From Candidatus Latescibacterota bacterium (GTDB lineage Bacteria > Latescibacterota > CBDEFO01): DNA of 64,000 nucleotides. A program made the position numbers and the translations under genes. The stretch spans positions 1,088,001-1,152,000 of the forward strand of contig CBDEFO010000008.1 of assembly GCA_965237525.1 (NCBI GenBank), in the 5' to 3' direction. Shown piece after piece: positions 60,794-64,000 of the stretch; position 1 is the stretch's first letter; each line of letters begins with the position of its first letter. The notes beneath the pieces are model-generated. The model did no database searches, was not told where the DNA came from, and saw nothing but the letters and a program-made list of their open reading frames with translations.

Positions 60794-62635
60794 TTAAGAC
60801 TGGTCTCTCCATTTCCTCGGCCAAGTACTGCCGTATTCCTTATACTTTTGGTTACAGTTAAGTACTATCAAATTCTCACGTGCTCTTGTAATGGCAGTAT
60901 AAACGATGGCATCAAGTCTCTTTAAATCCCATCGCCACTCTTCAGGAATTAGCAAAACCACATTCAATATTTCCCAACCTTTGAAACTATGTATCGTGCA
61001 CATTTTTAGACGGCCATCACCAAGCCAAAAAGCCTTTTTATGGGGATGGAACTTCCTTTCCTCATCATCTTCGAAAACATGATTGACATCTGTTATTGCC
61101 CTGTGGTTTATAAAGTATTCCACACATTCCATACCGATAAATCTATCAGGTAAAAGGATAACAATATCTGATGGATGTTGACTTTGTTTTTTTAACCGTT
61201 TATAGGCGAATTCGATACTAGATAAGCATTCATCGCTTTTTATATTTACCCAGACAAGGTGTGGATCAGGGTCTCGGTTGAACAAACTCAACTGTACTAC
61301 ATCTTCTACTTCGACAGTTTGCTCAAGTTCGAAGAGTCGACTAAATCTACTTGCCTCATCAGCTACTCTCCTAGGCAATCGAAACACAGCTCTTAGTTCT
61401 CTCCAGCGACCCCGAAATTTGACATTTTCCATTGTTCCGTCTATCCAACTTAGGTCTCGTGTAAATATGTTTTGCTGTTTATCGCAAACCAAAAACAACT
61501 CATCTCGCTCCGTCAAGAATTGAGATAGACAATTATACCATTCCCAAACAAAATCTTGGCCTTCATCAATCAATATTGCATCCCATTTTAGATATTCCCT
61601 TCCAGCAATTGTTTTTAAAACTTCATCTGGAACTATTTTAGTAAAAAACTCGTCGCCCGCACCTTTAGGCCAGGCTCTACCAAAGTAGTTCAGTGTGTCA
61701 TTGCAAAATTCATGAAAGTGGTTGAATGTTATTCTTGACCATTCGAATTCAAAAGGTGATCGGGCGATCATGTCCTTGATAAAGTGCCAAAGAGTAATAT
61801 TAAAGGTAACTACGAGGACATTAAGACCCTGAGAAGCCAACTTTGCAGCTCGATAGGCTATTACTTGAGTTTTACCACCGCCCGTAACCCCCCTCAATCT
61901 AAAATGTCCCGGTTGCGGCTCTGCATGTTCCTCTTGTCGGGGAGTCAGATCTAAAGGTTGTGTTTGCTCCAGACTGTGAAACGGAGGTTTGAGCCAAAAT
62001 AGAATTTCATCTGCCCATTCCTCTTTCATGAACTTTCCATCTCTTATACCAGAATCAGGAACTACATTTCCTAAATTATTTGACTCCAGATCATCGGATC
62101 CTACGATTTTTATCATACGGTGGGGTTTCGGTTTCCTAGCTTCAAAGAACTTTCTTGCGTTCTCCCCAGACATTCTGTGAAAATACACCCCTGTCTTTAC
62201 TAATCCCAAAGTTTTATTGTTTTTGTCTACCTCTTCACCTATTGAAGGAACAAGATAACTTATTATCTTCTTTCTGTAGTGGTTAACTTGCTTTAATGGG
62301 TCTTTGGTTTTATATGAACCTCTGCTATCACTAACATATAAATCCGAATTTTCGTTTTCACGCTCTCTTTCCCAGTGATAAGAGTTTAAGTCCCAATCCT
62401 TTACTTCGTAGATAATCATTCCGACATGTGGATTAAAAGCAATTATATCCGGACGCGTTCCACTTAGGTACGGCTGTACAAATATCTTCCAATCATTGGG
62501 TAGATTCTCTTCAAGGAACCCAGAGAGACGTCGCTCTCCATCTGTAAGTGGATTACGTAAGCGATTGATTTCCTGCCACGACGGGATAACCTGGGCACCC
62601 ACTGACATCACTCCCGTTATTTTATGCTGCCACAC
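60794..62635 (-). CDS. NERD nuclease fused to UvrD-like SF1 helicase
   Basis: GERRL...RPDII...IYEVKDW (NERD); GVTGGGKT, ILIDEGQD, TIHSFKGWE, YTAITRAR. Confidence 0.88.
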   Translation of the reverse strand: MWQHKITGVMSVGAQVIPSWQEINRLRNPLTDGERRLSGFLEENLPNDWKIFVQPYLSGTRPDIIAFNPHVGMIIYEVKDWDLNSYHWERERENENSDLYVSDSRGSYKTKDPLKQVNHYRKKIISYLVPSIGEEVDKNNKTLGLVKTGVYFHRMSGENARKFFEARKPKPHRMIKIVGSDDLESNNLGNVVPDSGIRDGKFMKEEWADEILFWLKPPFHSLEQTQPLDLTPRQEEHAEPQPGHFRLRGVTGGGKTQVIAYRAAKLASQGLNVLVVTFNITLWHFIKDMIARSPFEFEWSRITFNHFHEFCNDTLNYFGRAWPKGAGDEFFTKIVPDEVLKTIAGREYLKWDAILIDEGQDFVWEWYNCLSQFLTERDELFLVCDKQQNIFTRDLSWIDGTMENVKFRGRWRELRAVFRLPRRVADEASRFSRLFELEQTVEVEDVVQLSLFNRDPDPHLVWVNIKSDECLSSIEFAYKRLKKQSQHPSDIVILLPDRFIGMECVEYFINHRAITDVNHVFEDDEERKFHPHKKAFWLGDGRLKMCTIHSFKGWEILNVVLLIPEEWRWDLKRLDAIVYTAITRARENLIVLNCNQKYKEYGSTWPRKWRDQS

Positions 62636-62677
62636 TGTTGCATCGACAAGCTCCCACCGGTAACGATTTAGGATAAT

Positions 62678-63046
62678 CTATCTTGCTCTTTGCTTGTAGT
62701 CTTCCACAGCCGACTTGACGGCATCCTCAGCTAACACGGAACAGTGAACTTTCAGTGGAGGAAGTCCCCCTAAGGCGTTTGATACATCCTCCTTTGTAAT
62801 CTTTACTGCCTCCTCCACCCTCAGACCTTTCAGCATCTGCGTCAGCATCGAACTGGCCGCAATAGCTGCTGTACATCCGAACGTCTTAAACTTGGAGTCC
62901 CTTATCTTGCCCTCTTCGATCCTCAGATAGAGCTTCGTAGTGTCCCCGCACACGGAATTCTCGGCCTCTCCCACTCCATCTGCATACTCGATCTGGCCTA
63001 CGTTCCTCGGATTCTTGAAGTGATCCATTATGATTTCGTTGTACAT
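62678..63046 (-). CDS. iscU: Fe-S cluster scaffold IscU/NifU-like
   Basis: MDHFKNPRNVG, CGD, FKTFGC, KVHCSVLAE. Confidence 0.93.
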   Translation of the reverse strand: MYNEIIMDHFKNPRNVGQIEYADGVGEAENSVCGDTTKLYLRIEEGKIRDSKFKTFGCTAAIAASSMLTQMLKGLRVEEAVKITKEDVSNALGGLPPLKVHCSVLAEDAVKSAVEDYKQRAR

Positions 63047-63057
63047 TCTTCAAACCC

Positions 63058-63083
63058 GTGGGGCGAGTGAACCTCGCCCCTAC
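63058..63083 (-). repeat. GTAG-tagged REP-like palindrome
   Basis: Minus strand GTAG-GGGCGAG-GTTCA-CTCGCCC. Confidence 0.65.
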
Positions 63084-63119
63084 AAATCTCCAATAATCTG
63101 CACCTGTAAGGTGCGGGGA

Positions 63120-64000
63120 TCACGGTATGGCAAGTTCAAGATAAACTTGGAAGGAAGCATCCTCAATTCTTTTTTCTGCAGCTTTACAATATTCCTCTGA
63201 AATATCTATGCCCATATATCTTCTCTCCAGTTTGCAAGCAACTAAAGTGGTGGTACCCACACCGTTGAAAGGATCTAAAACAATATCATCTCGATAGCTA
63301 AACAGTTTCAACAGTCTTTCTACCAAAGCCTCAGGGAACATTGCCGGGTGGTTGTACAGCTTCATATTGCGTTCAGGTGCAATGTCCCATTTTGCATAGA
63401 CCCATTCTTTGAATTCATCCCCGGTGATGTCTATTCTGCCCGAATCTCCCTCCTTTTTATGAGATTCCTTGCAAAATATCTCCACGAATTCCCAGGTATA
63501 TTTCAGATACGGCATGCTTGGACTCTTCCAACTGCCCCAAGCAGTGTATTTGCAATTGTAATTATGCTTTTCCCATAAGATTTCACCTTTCCAGAGCATT
63601 CCCAAATCTGACAACTGCTTTGAAATGATGTGGTGCGTCGGTACATAGTCCGAAAACAACGGTTGGACGTTGACACATATTCTACCGCCCGGCTTCAGGA
63701 CTCTGAAACATTCTTTCCAGACGGAATTCAGTTTTTTAGAATACTCCCTCCAATTTACCGCATCTTCTTTCTCGTCGTCCCTGTAGTTCAGGCCGAAATT
63801 GTAAGGGGGAGAAGTAATTATTATATCCACAAAATTTTCCGGATATTCTTTCAAAACACTTTGGCTGTCCCCAGGTACAATCTTATTTACTATCGTTGAG
63901 ACATTGATCTCGTTGACCTTAGTCTCTATCTTCCTATATCCCTTGGTCCCCTTTCTTACTTTTTCCTTTTCCTTACGATCTACTACTTTTCTTTCTCTAT
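63120..64000 (-). CDS. Site-specific DNA methyltransferase (N4-C/N6-A, beta class), 5' end outside the window
   Basis: TSPPY before HPAMFP and DPFNGVGTT; frame stays open from 63854 to the window edge (...VNKIVPGDSQSVL). Confidence 0.9.
   Translation of the reverse strand, partial: RERKVVDRKEKEKVRKGTKGYRKIETKVNEINVSTIVNKIVPGDSQSVLKEYPENFVDIIITSPPYNFGLNYRDDEKEDAVNWREYSKKLNSVWKECFRVLKPGGRICVNVQPLFSDYVPTHHIISKQLSDLGMLWKGEILWEKHNYNCKYTAWGSWKSPSMPYLKYTWEFVEIFCKESHKKEGDSGRIDITGDEFKEWVYAKWDIAPERNMKLYNHPAMFPEALVERLLKLFSYRDDIVLDPFNGVGTTTLVACKLERRYMGIDISEEYCKAAEKRIEDASFQVYLELAIP

Noticed and set aside
1..64000. tRNA, rRNA, tmRNA or prophage
   Set aside because: No cloverleaf, rRNA or phage structural signatures recognised by eye; not excluded without tRNAscan/Infernal.

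Overview
Bacterial chromosomal window from a diderm lineage. lpxK, a PorV-family protein and a short RpoD without region 1.1 point to the FCB group, possibly a Latescibacterota-like candidate phylum (inference only). Housekeeping genes include lpdA, a detached nuoB-C-I-D block, gatB, guaA-nadB-lpxK, sucCD, gltBD, a split MetE plus YitJ, a tungsten AorABC next to an orphan xanthine-oxidase-family large subunit, and iscU. The centre holds a complete UBact-proteasome operon (arc-dop-ubact-prcB-prcA-pafA). arc is cut by a 1302-bp DDE IS (28-bp TIRs, 6-bp TSD) and prcB by a 1519-bp IS1182-like element; a second copy of that element cuts the catalytic MetE half. All three genes can be rebuilt in frame. 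Intergenic DNA carries layered repeats: a ~20-bp palindrome (CCCCGATAGACTCAATCGGGG-like) at 11 loci that nests in itself and is present or absent between two copies of a TA-flanked MITE, plus CGTC-type REPs and GTAGACAG repeats, one of them in frame in a signal-peptide region. Uncharacterised loci include an ECF sigma with a DUF1080-like C-terminal domain, a tandem-domain hypothetical + PqqD/RRE + two DUF151 genes, a NERD-helicase and an orphan DNA methyltransferase cut by the window edge. No rRNA, tRNA or CRISPR array was recognised.
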